From: an uncultured Bacteroidaceae bacterium
GTDB lineage: Bacteria; Bacteroidota; Bacteroidia; Bacteroidales; Bacteroidaceae
Assembly: GCA_934293005.1 (NCBI GenBank)
Contig: CAKQYA010000005.1
Coordinates: 37,275 to 101,274, forward strand
Direction of reading: 5' to 3'
Length of the DNA: 64,000 bases
The number at the start of each line of letters is the position of its first letter. Within the stretch, counting starts at the first letter, position 1. The notes beneath the pieces are model-generated. The model had not been told where the DNA came from. It did no database searches and saw nothing but the letters and a program-made list of their open reading frames with translations. This document shows positions 37,458 through 47,781 of this stretch, piece after piece. A program made the translations under genes and the position numbers.

Positions 37458-38630
37458 ATGAAATATGAATATGTAGCTCCTGGCGTCAAATACATCGGAG
37501 TTGATGACCTTGACATAGACCTTTTTGAAGGACAGTATGATGTGCCTGAAGGCATGTCGTACAATTCTTATGTCATCCTTGATGACAAGATAGCTGTGAT
37601 GGATACAGCAGATGCACGCAAGGAAAAAGAATGGATGGCCAACCTTGAGGCCGCGCTTGCTGGCAAGTCTCCTGATTACATTATTGTGCAACACTTTGAG
37701 CCAGACCATTCAGGCTGCGTGAAAACGGTTCTTGATAAATATCCTGGCGCGGTTGCAGTCTGCTCGCAGAAGGCTGTGCCGATGTTTGGCCGTTTCTTTG
37801 ATGTGGATTTTGGAAATCGTCTCAAAGTGGTGAAGGAGGGTGAAGTGCTTCAACTCGGAGAACATACCCTGCAGTTCTTCATGGCTCCAATGGTGCATTG
37901 GCCAGAGGTGATGGTTACATATGAACAGACTACCAAAACATTGTTTACAGCTGATGGTTTTGGTAAGTTTGGAGCTTTATGTAAGGAAGATGAAAATGAT
38001 GAGGGCTGGGCTTGTGAGGCGCGACGCTACTATTTTAATATCGTGGGCAAGTATGGAGCTATGGTACAGAAGCTTCTTGCCAAAGCTTCAACACTTGACA
38101 TCCAGACAATCTGTCCGCTTCATGGTCCTGTGCTCAACGATAACCTTGGACAGTATCTGAGCCTTTATGACACTTGGAGCAAGTATGAGGCTGAAACTAA
38201 AGGGGTCTTCGTGGCTTATTGTTCTATTTATGGCAACACGGCCAAGGCGGCCCTGATGCTGGCAGATATGCTGCGTGAAAAAGATGTGAAAGTGTCTGTC
38301 GCAGACATTGCTCGTGATGATTTGCATGAGGCTGTTGAAGACGCTTTCCGTTATGACCGCATGGTGCTCTGTGCTCCTACGTACGATGGTGGCATAATGC
38401 CGATAATGGAGGATTTCATAAACCATTTGCGCATCAAAACTTATCAGAACCGTAAGGTCGGTTTTGTTGAGAATGGCACATGGGCGCCTGTGGCTGGAAA
38501 AAAAATGATGGAGGAGATGGGGGCAATGAAGAACATTACAATCATCGAACCGTTGGTGACTGTTGAATCGGCTGTGAAAGCAAAGACGGTAGAAAACTTG
38601 AAACTTCTTGCGGATGCATTATGTGACTGA
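37458..38630 (+). CDS. FprA-family A-type flavoprotein (flavodiiron protein; metallo-beta-lactamase + flavodoxin domains)
   Basis: ORF 37389-38630, conserved start at MKYEYVAPGVKYIG; HxExDH di-iron motif (HFEPDHSG); C-terminal flavodoxin fold. Confidence 0.8.
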   Translation: MKYEYVAPGVKYIGVDDLDIDLFEGQYDVPEGMSYNSYVILDDKIAVMDTADARKEKEWMANLEAALAGKSPDYIIVQHFEPDHSGCVKTVLDKYPGAVAVCSQKAVPMFGRFFDVDFGNRLKVVKEGEVLQLGEHTLQFFMAPMVHWPEVMVTYEQTTKTLFTADGFGKFGALCKEDENDEGWACEARRYYFNIVGKYGAMVQKLLAKASTLDIQTICPLHGPVLNDNLGQYLSLYDTWSKYEAETKGVFVAYCSIYGNTAKAALMLADMLREKDVKVSVADIARDDLHEAVEDAFRYDRMVLCAPTYDGGIMPIMEDFINHLRIKTYQNRKVGFVENGTWAPVAGKKMMEEMGAMKNITIIEPLVTVESAVKAKTVENLKLLADALCD

Positions 38631-38802
38631 CATGAAACTGTATCGCAAAAGGTGTTTTCAAAACAGCATTTATAATTGCAAACATGCACACTTTAAATGC
38701 TGGTCCTTGCGTAAGGTGAGCATGACAGATGTTTTTTTATCAAAAAACGGTGGAAGGTGGAAAATAAATTGAATAAACATTGCGTGATTCAAATATTTTT
38801 CC

Positions 38803-38810
38803 TACCTTTG
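38803..38810 (+). promoter_or_regulatory. -7 promoter box TACCTTTG upstream of tRNA-Arg
   Basis: TAnnTTTG consensus 72 nt upstream of tRNA. Confidence 0.4.
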
Positions 38811-38881
38811 TACCCGCAAATCGCTCAAATGCTTTTATGCAAACGATTTGCAGCATGCAGCGCATGTTTTCCTTAAAGGAT

Positions 38882-38955
38882 GGTTCGGTAGCTCAGCTGG
38901 ATAGAGCAACAGCCTTCTAAGCTGTGGGTCTTGGGTTCGAATCCCAACCGAATCA
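38882..38955 (+). tRNA. tRNA-Arg (anticodon TCT)
   Basis: 74-nt cloverleaf: acceptor ggttcgg/ccgaatc (one G-U), D-arm gctcagctggatagagc, anticodon stem acagc/gctgt with loop cttctaa, T-arm ttggg-ttcgaat-cccaa. Confidence 0.85.
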
Positions 38956-39120
38956 CTATTGAAAAACGAAAATAACAAAGAACACCCCTAATTTTCAAAT
39001 TCAAAAAGGGTCAAGCGATTCCAATTTCGCAAAGCGGGCATTGCGGGCTCGCAGGAACGTGGCAACCTGTACTTCTCCAAAGTAAAATTAGATTGAAAAT
39101 TAAAAGCATAACAAAAGAAA

Positions 39121-39381
39121 ATGTCGAAAATTTGTCAGATTACAGGTAAAAAGGCAATGGTGGGAAATAACGTGTCTCACTCACTGCGCAGAACAAAAAG
39201 ACAATTCAATGTCAACTTGTTCACAAAGAAATTCTACTATGTAGAGGAAGATTGCTGGATCGTGCTCAAAGTGAGTGCTGCAGGTCTGCGTATCATCAAC
39301 CGCATCGGACTTGATGCAGCTCTTAAGAAGGCTGTCGCAAAGGGATTTTGCGAGTGGAAAGAAATCCAGGTAATAGGCTAA
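39121..39381 (+). CDS. rpmB: 50S ribosomal protein L28
   Basis: 86 aa; [33 protein letters not shown]. Confidence 0.9.
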   Translation: MSKICQITGKKAMVGNNVSHSLRRTKRQFNVNLFTKKFYYVEEDCWIVLKVSAAGLRIINRIGLDAALKKAVAKGFCEWKEIQVIG

Positions 39382-39407
39382 TAATTTAAAGTAAGGAGAA
39401 CGAAACA

Positions 39408-39596
39408 ATGGCAAAGAAAGCTAAAGGCAATCGCGTGCAGGTAATCCTCGAGTGCACAGAAATGAAGGATAGCGGTCTTCCAGGAACATCAAGATACGTC
39501 ACTACAAAGAACCGCAAGAACACTCCAGACCGTCTGGAGCTCAAGAAGTATAACCCAATCCTTAAGAGAATGACAATTCATAAGGAGATTAAATAA
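39408..39596 (+). CDS. rpmG: 50S ribosomal protein L33
   Basis: 62 aa; [20 protein letters not shown]... Confidence 0.9.
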   Translation: MAKKAKGNRVQVILECTEMKDSGLPGTSRYVTTKNRKNTPDRLELKKYNPILKRMTIHKEIK

Positions 39597-39605
39597 TAAT
39601 AAGTT

Positions 39606-39758
39606 ATGGCAAAGAAAGTAGTCGCAACACTGAAGACTAAGGACGGACGTTCCTTCACAAAGGTTATTAAGATGGTAAAGTCTCCTAAGACTGGTGCTTA
39701 CGCTTTTGAAGAGCAGATGGTTCCTGCTGAAACTGCAAAGGATTTCTTCAAGAACTAA
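39606..39758 (+). CDS. DUF4295 family small protein (conserved after rpmB-rpmG in Bacteroidetes)
   Basis: 50-aa ORF (below ORF-track cutoff) MAKKVVATLKTKDGRSFTKVIKMVKSPKTGAYAFEEQMVPAETAKDFFKN; ATG 10 nt after rpmG stop. Confidence 0.6.
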   Translation: MAKKVVATLKTKDGRSFTKVIKMVKSPKTGAYAFEEQMVPAETAKDFFKN

Positions 39759-39839
39759 TTTTGGCCGTCTTATAAATTTGATACAGCATATACATGTGTT
39801 AAGCTCTTGAATGAGTCTTTATAACATGTAAAATAATAG

Positions 39840-39875
39840 CCTCTCCATCTATTTTGGAGAGGTTTTTTTGTTTTG
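39840..39875 (+). terminator. rho-independent terminator after rpmB-rpmG-DUF4295
   Basis: cctctcca-tctatttt-ggagagg then tttttttgttttg. Confidence 0.75.
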
Positions 39876-39955
39876 TTCGCTGAATTTCTGTAACTTTGTA
39901 TCATTATTATGAATGATGACGATGATTAACACAATAAACTATAAAAGCTGACATT

Positions 39956-40909
39956 ATGGGATTCTTCGATTTGTTTAAGAAAAAAAACAAGGAAACGCTC
40001 GACAAAGGCTTGGCAAAGACCAAGGAAAGCGTCTTTGAAAAGATTGCGCGTGCTGTAGCTGGCAAGTCAAAAGTGGATGATGAAGTGTTGGACAATCTGG
40101 AAGATATCCTTATTTCCAGCGACGTCGGTGTGGATACTACGCTAAAGATTATTCAGCGCATTGAGGAACGCGTGGCGCGTGATAAGTATGTTGGCACAGA
40201 TGAGTTGAATGTAATACTAAGGGAAGAGATAGCGGCATTGCTCACTGAAAATAATTCGGACGATACCGAGGGCTTTCAGATACCACGAAATGCGAACAAA
40301 CCATATATCATACTTGTAGTAGGTGTGAATGGTGTTGGCAAGACCACCACCATCGGTAAGTTGGCATACCAGTTCAAGCAAGCCGGACTGAATGTGTATC
40401 TTGGTGCGGCTGATACTTTCCGAGCTGCAGCCGTAGAACAGATATGCATATGGGGTGAAAGGGTCGGAGTGCCTGTGGTGAAGCAACAGATGGGCAGTGA
40501 CCCTGCAAGCGTGGCATTCGACTCTGTAAGTTCGGCAAAGGCTAATGGAGCTGATGTTGTCATTATTGACACCGCAGGTCGTCTTCACAATAAAATAAAT
40601 CTGATGAATGAACTGACAAAGATAAAGAATGCTGTGAAGAAAGCTTCAGGCCATGAAGCTGACGATGTGATGCTTGTGCTTGATGGCTCTACTGGACAGA
40701 ATGCTTTTGAGCAGGCAAGGCAGTTTACTGCGGCCACTGATGTCACTTCCATGGCAATAACCAAGCTTGACGGCACTGCAAAGGGAGGCGTGGTGATAGG
40801 CATAAGCGACCAGTTGAAAGTGCCTGTACGCTATATTGGCTTGGGCGAGGGCATGGAAGATCTTCAGGCTTTCAATCGCAAGGCTTTCGTGGAAAGCCTG
40901 TTTGGATAA
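39956..40909 (+). CDS. ftsY: signal recognition particle receptor FtsY
   Basis: 317 aa; SRP GTPase motifs (GVNGVGKTTT, DTAGR); TAACTTTG box at 39891-39898. Confidence 0.9.
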   Translation: MGFFDLFKKKNKETLDKGLAKTKESVFEKIARAVAGKSKVDDEVLDNLEDILISSDVGVDTTLKIIQRIEERVARDKYVGTDELNVILREEIAALLTENNSDDTEGFQIPRNANKPYIILVVGVNGVGKTTTIGKLAYQFKQAGLNVYLGAADTFRAAAVEQICIWGERVGVPVVKQQMGSDPASVAFDSVSSAKANGADVVIIDTAGRLHNKINLMNELTKIKNAVKKASGHEADDVMLVLDGSTGQNAFEQARQFTAATDVTSMAITKLDGTAKGGVVIGISDQLKVPVRYIGLGEGMEDLQAFNRKAFVESLFG

Positions 40910-40928
40910 AATAACACCTACTTATCAG

Positions 40929-42230
40929 ATGAGAAAAAATACGGTAGATATTATTACACTTGGATGTTCAAAGAATTTGGTGGATTCTGAAAGGTTGATA
41001 CGCCAATTAGAACTGAACGGCTATAAGGTCACTCATGATAGCGAGAATCCGCAAGGAGAAATAGTTGTTGTCAACACTTGTGGCTTCATAGCTGATGCGC
41101 AGGAAGAAAGCGTGAACATGATTCTTGAATTATGTCAGGCAAAGGCCGAGGGACGTGTCAAGGCAGTGTATGTTATGGGATGCCTTTCGCAAAGATTCAT
41201 GAAAGAACTTGGTCATGAGATACCTCAGGTGGATAAGTTTTATGGCAAATTCAATTGGAATGAATTGCTTGCGGATCTTGGTAAGGTGTATCATGATGAG
41301 TGCTGTTATGAACGGTGTCTCACTACGCCAAGCCATTATGCATATCTGAAGATATCTGAAGGATGTGACCGTCATTGCGCTTATTGCGCTATTCCAATTA
41401 TTACAGGACGTCATCAAAGTCGAAGGATGGAAGACATCGTGGCTGAAGTGGAGCATCTTGTGTCGGAGGGCGTGAAAGAATTTCAAATCATTGCCCAGGA
41501 ATTGACATATTATGGCATAGACCTTTACGGCAAACAGATGATTGCGGAACTGGTGGAACGCATAAGTGATGTGAAGGGTGTGAAGTGGATACGCTTGCAC
41601 TATGCCTATCCAACTAATTTCCCATGGGACTTGCTGCGTGTCATCCGTGAAAGAGATAATGTGTGCAAGTATCTTGACATCGCTCTTCAGCATGTGAGTA
41701 CGCGTGTGCTTGACAACATGCAGCGTCATATTGACAAGGAAGAGACTTATGCTTTTGTGGAACGTGTTCGCAGCGAAGTGCCTGGCATATGTTTGCGCAC
41801 TACATTGATGGTGGGCTTTCCTGGTGAGGGTGATGCGGAATATGAAGAACTTAAGGAATTTGTAAAGTGGGCTAAGTTTGACAGAATGGGCGCATTTGCT
41901 TATTCAGAAGAAGAAGGCACGCCGGCTAAAAGGAATTTTAAAGATGATATTCCTGAAGATGTCAAACATGAACGTCTTAGTGAATTGATGGATATTCAAC
42001 AGGCGATATCATCAGCCGTGCAGGCGCAGAAGGTGGGCCGTGTGCTTAAAGTGGTCATTGACCGCAAGGAAGGAGAGTTTTTTGTGGGACGCACCGAATT
42101 TGATTCCCCTGAAGTTGATCCAGAGGTGCTGATTCCAGTGTCTGAGCGTAATTTGAGGAAAGGTTGCTTTTATGATGTGAAGATAACCGATTCTGATGAT
42201 TTCGATTTGTATGGAAGTGTTGTCGGATGA
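40929..42230 (+). CDS. rimO: ribosomal protein S12 methylthiotransferase RimO (radical SAM MTTase)
   Basis: ORF 40836-42230, conserved start MRKNTVDIITLGCSKN; radical-SAM CAYCAIP; TRAM domain at C-term. Confidence 0.85.
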   Translation: MRKNTVDIITLGCSKNLVDSERLIRQLELNGYKVTHDSENPQGEIVVVNTCGFIADAQEESVNMILELCQAKAEGRVKAVYVMGCLSQRFMKELGHEIPQVDKFYGKFNWNELLADLGKVYHDECCYERCLTTPSHYAYLKISEGCDRHCAYCAIPIITGRHQSRRMEDIVAEVEHLVSEGVKEFQIIAQELTYYGIDLYGKQMIAELVERISDVKGVKWIRLHYAYPTNFPWDLLRVIRERDNVCKYLDIALQHVSTRVLDNMQRHIDKEETYAFVERVRSEVPGICLRTTLMVGFPGEGDAEYEELKEFVKWAKFDRMGAFAYSEEEGTPAKRNFKDDIPEDVKHERLSELMDIQQAISSAVQAQKVGRVLKVVIDRKEGEFFVGRTEFDSPEVDPEVLIPVSERNLRKGCFYDVKITDSDDFDLYGSVVG

Positions 42231-42243
42231 CAAATGACTGAAT

Positions 42244-42534
42244 GTGTATAATTTAATGAACAGTAAGGATTTTATAGATAAGGTATCCCAAAAAGCGGGT
42301 ATTGGTGCAGGCGAGGCCGAGAAGCTCTTGTCTGCTCTTGTGTCGTGCATGCTTGAAGAATTGTCGGATGGGAATAGCATCAGCATGCAAGGATTTGGCA
42401 GTTTTGAGGTACGTGAGAAGAGTGGGAGGAAAATATACAATCCATCATCTAAAGCATATATTGATGTGCCGTCTAAGACCACTGTGGCATATAAAATGAG
42501 CGGTGTCCTCAAAGAACGATTAAACGGAGTGTAG
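42244..42534 (+). CDS. HU family DNA-binding protein
   Basis: 96 aa; HU fold (GFGSFEVREKSGRKIYNPSSKAYIDVPSKTTVAYKMSGVLKERLN). Confidence 0.75.
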   Translation: MYNLMNSKDFIDKVSQKAGIGAGEAEKLLSALVSCMLEELSDGNSISMQGFGSFEVREKSGRKIYNPSSKAYIDVPSKTTVAYKMSGVLKERLNGV

Positions 42535-42537
42535 CCA

Positions 42538-44034
42538 ATGAACGAGAAATTATCATTCCAACATATTGCAGAAGCTCTTTCGCAAAAAGGTAGTGTGCAG
42601 AAAAAGGTGGCAGAGTCTTTTGTCAAGTCATTTTTTGACACAGTGGCTGAAGCTGTGAAAAATGGTGAGGATTCTGTCAAGATTGATGGCTGGGGTACGT
42701 TTAAGCGAGTGTCTGTTGACAGCCGTGAAAGTGTCAATGTGTCTAATGGTGAGCGTATATTAATACAAGGATATACTAAACTTGCATTCTCACCCGAAGA
42801 TACGGTCGTAGCAATGCTTAGCAGAAGTAAAAAGAATTCCAAAATAGAAGAAGCGGATGATGATTGTTCTCTTGATAAGAATGACGTTTCGCAAGAGAGT
42901 GATTTGAGTGATGGAGTTTCTTGTGTTGACACGAATGAGATTCTGCCGGGAAATATAGAGCATGAATGTTTTCTTGATGATATTGTTGAGGAAGATGAGT
43001 CTCCATTTGTGGAACTTGCTAAAGATGATTTTTCAGGTATAGACATGATCATATCTACGCCAGAAAGTTTGAATGACGTGCATCTGCAACTTGAAGAGGC
43101 AAAATCCAAAGTGGCAGAAGCCATAGAGATGGTAAAAAAAGCAAGCGCGGAGAAGGCAAGATTAGAACGTTTGCTGGAACGTCTGGAAAAGAACATTGCT
43201 CCAGAAGAAGTTGGCAACCATAATCTTTACGTTGGCTATTCTGACGAGAAGGAACATTCCGTGCAGGATGATGAGCAGCTTTCAAAGAGCGAGGATGCAT
43301 GTCATGATGATTCTGCCTGTCTGATGTGTTCTGATGATGATAAAGAAGGTGCGCATCTTGATGGCAATGAACAGCATGACGGTGCTTTGCAGCGTGTGCT
43401 GTATGGAAGCGATGATGGCTCAATGTTGAGAGAGGGAGCTTCGAGTGAGGGCGGCATTGAAGCCCCAGTGTCTAAGGATTCTTCATCTAATAGTGGCCGC
43501 AAATGGCTTATAAGCATAGCTTGCATCTTATTGGCCATAGTTCTTGTTGGTGGAATAGGCTATTTGGTTTATGGTACATTCTTGTCAATTGAATCTGTTG
43601 AAAAAGTGCCCAATTTAAATAGTTCTAAAGATATGGTGCATGGCCAGCCTGAGATGAAACCCTCGAAAGGTGATGGAAATTCAGTTGGTAAGTCGGTAAT
43701 GAATAATGATGAATTGGCTGAGAAACCAAAAATTGATAATGAAGTTTGTTTAGATGTGCAGAATGCGAATGATGGCTTGAATGCAAAAACAGATAAACCT
43801 TCTGGAATGTTGGACGATGCTCAGCAAGCGTCTGCCTCTTCTTCTAAACAGAATGTCGTTTCTGATGATAAACCATTGCGTCCCCCAAAATACACATTGA
43901 AGAAAGGCGAGACCCTCACACGTGTATCGCAACGTTTCTATGGCACGAAAGATTCAGTCAGTGCCATCATACGTGTGAACACATTTGTCAATCCAGACAA
44001 TGTGCCAATAGGAGCGGTTATCACTCTTCCGTAA
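42538..44034 (+). CDS. HU-fold N-domain / acidic disordered linker / TM helix / C-terminal LysM domain protein
   Basis: 498 aa; N-term HU-like (GWGTFKRVSVDSRESVNVSNGERILIQGYTKLAFSPE), D/E-rich coiled region, TM WLISIACILLAIVLVGGIGYLVYGTF, LysM KYTLKKGETLTRVSQRFYG...VNPDNVPIGAVITLP; start 4 nt after the preceding HU gene. Confidence 0.7.
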   Translation: MNEKLSFQHIAEALSQKGSVQKKVAESFVKSFFDTVAEAVKNGEDSVKIDGWGTFKRVSVDSRESVNVSNGERILIQGYTKLAFSPEDTVVAMLSRSKKNSKIEEADDDCSLDKNDVSQESDLSDGVSCVDTNEILPGNIEHECFLDDIVEEDESPFVELAKDDFSGIDMIISTPESLNDVHLQLEEAKSKVAEAIEMVKKASAEKARLERLLERLEKNIAPEEVGNHNLYVGYSDEKEHSVQDDEQLSKSEDACHDDSACLMCSDDDKEGAHLDGNEQHDGALQRVLYGSDDGSMLREGASSEGGIEAPVSKDSSSNSGRKWLISIACILLAIVLVGGIGYLVYGTFLSIESVEKVPNLNSSKDMVHGQPEMKPSKGDGNSVGKSVMNNDELAEKPKIDNEVCLDVQNANDGLNAKTDKPSGMLDDAQQASASSSKQNVVSDDKPLRPPKYTLKKGETLTRVSQRFYGTKDSVSAIIRVNTFVNPDNVPIGAVITLP

Positions 44035-44419
44035 TGTTGTGAGTGCATGCTGTGATATGGCAATCCTGTAGCTCTAAATTGGGCTTCAGGATTGTTCTTT
44101 TCTGTTAAACTGATAAATGCAACTTATTGCTAAGTGGTTACTTTGAGAATTATAATCTTTGGCAAATTATAATAACTCTTAAAAACAGTCAGTCTCCGAT
44201 AGTTTTTACATTCTTTAAGATGAGAAGTAGAGAATAAATCGTAATTTTGTAGTCGAAAAAGTCAAATACTGTATCAAACAGGTATAATTGTCTGCTTTGG
44301 TTTATTTGTGTAATTGTTATTTATACATCTAATATTTAGCATTATCTGTTCTTTTGGTATGATTAGTGTCTTTTAAAAACGAAATTGTAGTTAAAATTAT
44401 AATTGATAAAAACATAAAT

Positions 44420-45415
44420 ATGGCAGAATCAATTGACATCCGCGAATTGAACGAACGGATAGAACGTCACAGCGCATTCGTGACAAACATTATGACAGGT
44501 ATGGACCAAGCCATTGTCGGACAAAAACATCTTGTGGAATCATTGCTTCTCGGACTGTTGTCTGATGGACATGTTTTGCTTGAGGGTGTGCCAGGTCTGG
44601 CAAAAACAAAGGCTATAAAGACACTTGCATCACTGATTGATGCACAGTTCAGCCGCATACAGTTCACTCCTGACCTTCTTCCTGCTGATGTTATAGGTAC
44701 AATGATATACAGCCAGAAAGATGGTGAGTTCAAGTCGAAGAAGGGACCTATCTTTGCCAACTTTATTTTGGCAGATGAGATAAACCGCGCGCCAGCTAAG
44801 GTGCAGTCGGCTCTTCTTGAGGCTATGCAAGAGCGTCAGGTCACAATCTCAACTAATACATTTGAGCTTCCAAAGCCGTTTCTTGTGCTTGCCACACAAA
44901 ACCCTATTGAACAAGAAGGCACATATCCTTTGCCAGAAGCGCAGGTAGACCGTTTCATGCTTAAGGTTGTCATTGACTATCCTAAACTTGAAGAAGAGAA
45001 AAAAATCATAAGGCAGAATATATCAGGGGAAAAGTTGGTGACACGTCCTATTATGACTACAGCGGACATTGAAAGTGCTCGCAACGTCGTGCGTGAAGTC
45101 TATCTCGATGAGAAGATTGAACAGTATATTGCAGACATAGTCTTTGCTACTCGCTATCCTGAAAAATATAACCTTAAGGAACTCAAAGGACTCATCAGTT
45201 TTGGCGGTTCGCCACGAGCTTCAATCAATTTGGCTCTTGCGTCACGTTCATATGCCTTTATCAAACACCGTGGATATGTCATCCCTGAAGATGTGCGTGC
45301 TGTGGCACAGGATGTGCTTCGCCACCGCATAGGTCTTACTTATGAGGCTGAAGCCAACAATGTTACTTCCGAGGAAATCATAAGCAAGATTCTCAATAAA
45401 GTGGAAGTGCCTTAA
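44420..45415 (+). CDS. MoxR-family AAA+ ATPase (Bat operon)
   Basis: ORF 44366-45415, start at MAESIDIREL; Walker A GVPGLAKT, MoxR architecture. Confidence 0.85.
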   Translation: MAESIDIRELNERIERHSAFVTNIMTGMDQAIVGQKHLVESLLLGLLSDGHVLLEGVPGLAKTKAIKTLASLIDAQFSRIQFTPDLLPADVIGTMIYSQKDGEFKSKKGPIFANFILADEINRAPAKVQSALLEAMQERQVTISTNTFELPKPFLVLATQNPIEQEGTYPLPEAQVDRFMLKVVIDYPKLEEEKKIIRQNISGEKLVTRPIMTTADIESARNVVREVYLDEKIEQYIADIVFATRYPEKYNLKELKGLISFGGSPRASINLALASRSYAFIKHRGYVIPEDVRAVAQDVLRHRIGLTYEAEANNVTSEEIISKILNKVEVP

Positions 45416-45668
45416 TGTTCTTATAGCTCATAATAGTGAGATGTTTCTGATTTCCTGATGGTCTTTAGACTGAATGCGTGATTCCTGTTATAGCATTAGT
45501 CTTTCTTTTCAAATATAGTCTGCATGATTTTTTTGATGCCCGTCTGATGACTGCATTTCAAAATAGAATGTTGTGACTTCAATATGGACATTGCAATCCG
45601 CTTGCCACATATATAATAAGAATAGAACAAATGACTGTTTGGAGTTAAATATATAAATTCATTTTCTG

Positions 45669-46538
45669 ATGGATACAGAAGAACTTTTGCAAAAAGTAAG
45701 GAAGGTTGAGATTAAGACTAAGGGATTGTCCAACAATATCTTTGCAGGTGAATACCACTCTGCCTTCAAGGGGCGAGGTATGGCATTCAGTGAGGTGCGT
45801 GAATATCAGTATGGTGATGATGTGCGCGATATTGATTGGAATGTCACTGCCCGACTTGGCAAACCTTATGTCAAGGTCTTTGAGGAAGAGCGAGAGCTGA
45901 CGGTCATGCTTCTTGTGGATGTGTCTGGTTCTCTTGATTTTGGCACACAATGCCAAACTAAGCGGCAGCTACTCACTGAGATAGCTGCCACGCTCGCTTT
46001 CTCTGCCATACAGAACAATGATAAGATAGGTGTGATATTCTTTTCTGACAGGATTGAAAAATTCATTCCTCCCAAGAAAGGAAGAAAACATATACTTTTT
46101 ATCATCCGTGAGTTGCTTGGCTTTCAGCCTGCAAGCAACAAAACAGACATAGGCCATGCTGTCGAGTTTATGACGAATGCCATCAAGAAACGTTGCACAG
46201 TGTTTCTTTTGAGTGACTTCTTTGACAGCAAAGACTATAGCAATCAATTGACGGTGGCTAACAGACGTCATGATGTGGTGGCATTGCAGATATATGATCG
46301 TCGCATGGTCGAATTGCCTAATGTCGGCATTGTAAAGATGCTTGATGCCGAGACAGGTCACGACACGTTTGTCGACACCTCATCTTCTGCAGTCAGAAAG
46401 GCTCATCATGAATGGTGGTGTGACCATCAGGCATATTTGCATACGGCTTTCACTAAGTCAAATATAGATAATGTGTCAGTGCGAACAGACGAAGACTATG
46501 TTCGTGCTCTGATGAACTTATTCCGCCGCAGAGGGTGA
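45669..46538 (+). CDS. DUF58 (vWA-like) protein (Bat operon)
   Basis: 289 aa; DUF58-like GEYHSAFKGRGMAFSEVREYQYGDDVRDIDWNVTAR. Confidence 0.8.
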   Translation: MDTEELLQKVRKVEIKTKGLSNNIFAGEYHSAFKGRGMAFSEVREYQYGDDVRDIDWNVTARLGKPYVKVFEEERELTVMLLVDVSGSLDFGTQCQTKRQLLTEIAATLAFSAIQNNDKIGVIFFSDRIEKFIPPKKGRKHILFIIRELLGFQPASNKTDIGHAVEFMTNAIKKRCTVFLLSDFFDSKDYSNQLTVANRRHDVVALQIYDRRMVELPNVGIVKMLDAETGHDTFVDTSSSAVRKAHHEWWCDHQAYLHTAFTKSNIDNVSVRTDEDYVRALMNLFRRRG

Positions 46539-46649
46539 ATAGTTGTCATGCTGCATCATATTACGATACACTTTCTGTTTTTCAGATGATGTTGGGGCGA
46601 TATGATAAATGTGCATGAAGTAAGGAGTATAAATTGAATATAAACCAAG

Positions 46650-47744
46650 ATGGTTAGACTGATTTGTAAAATAAAGTATGTATATGCTGTTGTCCTCATG
46701 TTTTTTTTAGGGACAAGCTCGTTGCAAGCACAGGTGACGGTGGATGCCAAACTTGATTCGGCTGCCATCTTTATAGGGCAACGCATTGGATTGACATTAG
46801 AAGTGTCTGCAGATGCGCAAAAGAATATAGAACTGCCTGAATGGGATTCCCTTCAGCAGATTGTGCCTGGTGTGGAGTTTGTAAATGCAGGGAAAGCTGA
46901 CACAAGTTTTCTTGACAATGACAAGCGCATAGTGCTCAGTCGTCGTTATTACTTTACTTCGTTCGACTCGGCTCTTTATCTCTTGCCAGAGATGCAGGTT
47001 AATGTTGATGGCAAGTTGTATACATCGAAAAAGATGGCATTGAAGGTGCTCACGTTAGACATCGACACCATCCATGCTGACAGCATCTATGGCATAAAGG
47101 CGGAATTGGCTCCTCCGTTCGATTGGGCTGAGTGGCGTCTTGTCATTGTTGGCATCTTGATAGCTCTCCTGTTTGTTGCCATGCTTGTGTATGTATGTTA
47201 TAGATTGAAGCATAATAAGCCGATACTTCACCGCATACGTCGCAAGAAACATGTGCCTCCTCATACTGCGGCAATGAAGAAGATAGAGCTTATCAAGGAT
47301 GAGAAGATATGGCAGAGTGAGGATTCTAAAGAATATTACACTATGCTTACAGACACGCTGCGACAGTATATCAAAGAGCGTTACGGATTCAATGCGCTGG
47401 AGATGACATCATTTGAGATTATTCATAAATTGCAGGAAGTCAATGATGAAACTGCAATAGCTGAATTGCGAGAACTTTTCCAAACAGCAGACCTTGTTAA
47501 GTTTGCTAAATATAGCACGCTTATCAATGAAAATGACCGCAATCTCGTCAGTGCCATAGAGTATATCAACCAGACTAAACTTGAAGAGCCTGAAGAAAAA
47601 CCTCAACCAGAAGTAGTTGTTGTAGAAGAAAAGCGCTCCAAGGTGGCCAAATGGGTGCTAACGGCTTCAATAGTTGTGGTAGGCCTGATGCTTCTTGCCG
47701 TCTTAGCTTATGTTGCATACAGAGTATATATGCTTACTCTATAG
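46650..47744 (+). CDS. Bat-operon membrane protein (signal peptide, two TM helices)
   Basis: 364 aa; position between DUF58 and batA as in Bacteroides Bat operon. Confidence 0.55.
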   Translation: MVRLICKIKYVYAVVLMFFLGTSSLQAQVTVDAKLDSAAIFIGQRIGLTLEVSADAQKNIELPEWDSLQQIVPGVEFVNAGKADTSFLDNDKRIVLSRRYYFTSFDSALYLLPEMQVNVDGKLYTSKKMALKVLTLDIDTIHADSIYGIKAELAPPFDWAEWRLVIVGILIALLFVAMLVYVCYRLKHNKPILHRIRRKKHVPPHTAAMKKIELIKDEKIWQSEDSKEYYTMLTDTLRQYIKERYGFNALEMTSFEIIHKLQEVNDETAIAELRELFQTADLVKFAKYSTLINENDRNLVSAIEYINQTKLEEPEEKPQPEVVVVEEKRSKVAKWVLTASIVVVGLMLLAVLAYVAYRVYMLTL

Positions 47745-47781
47745 CTCCTGTATTTTTTAATGTTCAAGTAATAATGAAATA

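Noticed and set aside
38956-39120. GC-rich imperfect repeats (gcgggcattgcgggctcgc) between tRNA-Arg and rpmB as a possible r-protein autoregulatory leader
   Set aside because: I could not fold a convincing structure by eye. Left as unannotated 5' UTR; worth a covariance scan but not reportable.
42012-43217. 401-aa minus-strand ORF (S/T-rich) overlapping rimO and the HU genes
   Set aside because: Antisense to two well-supported genes. It is low-complexity and mirrors the D/E-rich region of the + strand gene, so it is a typical shadow ORF.
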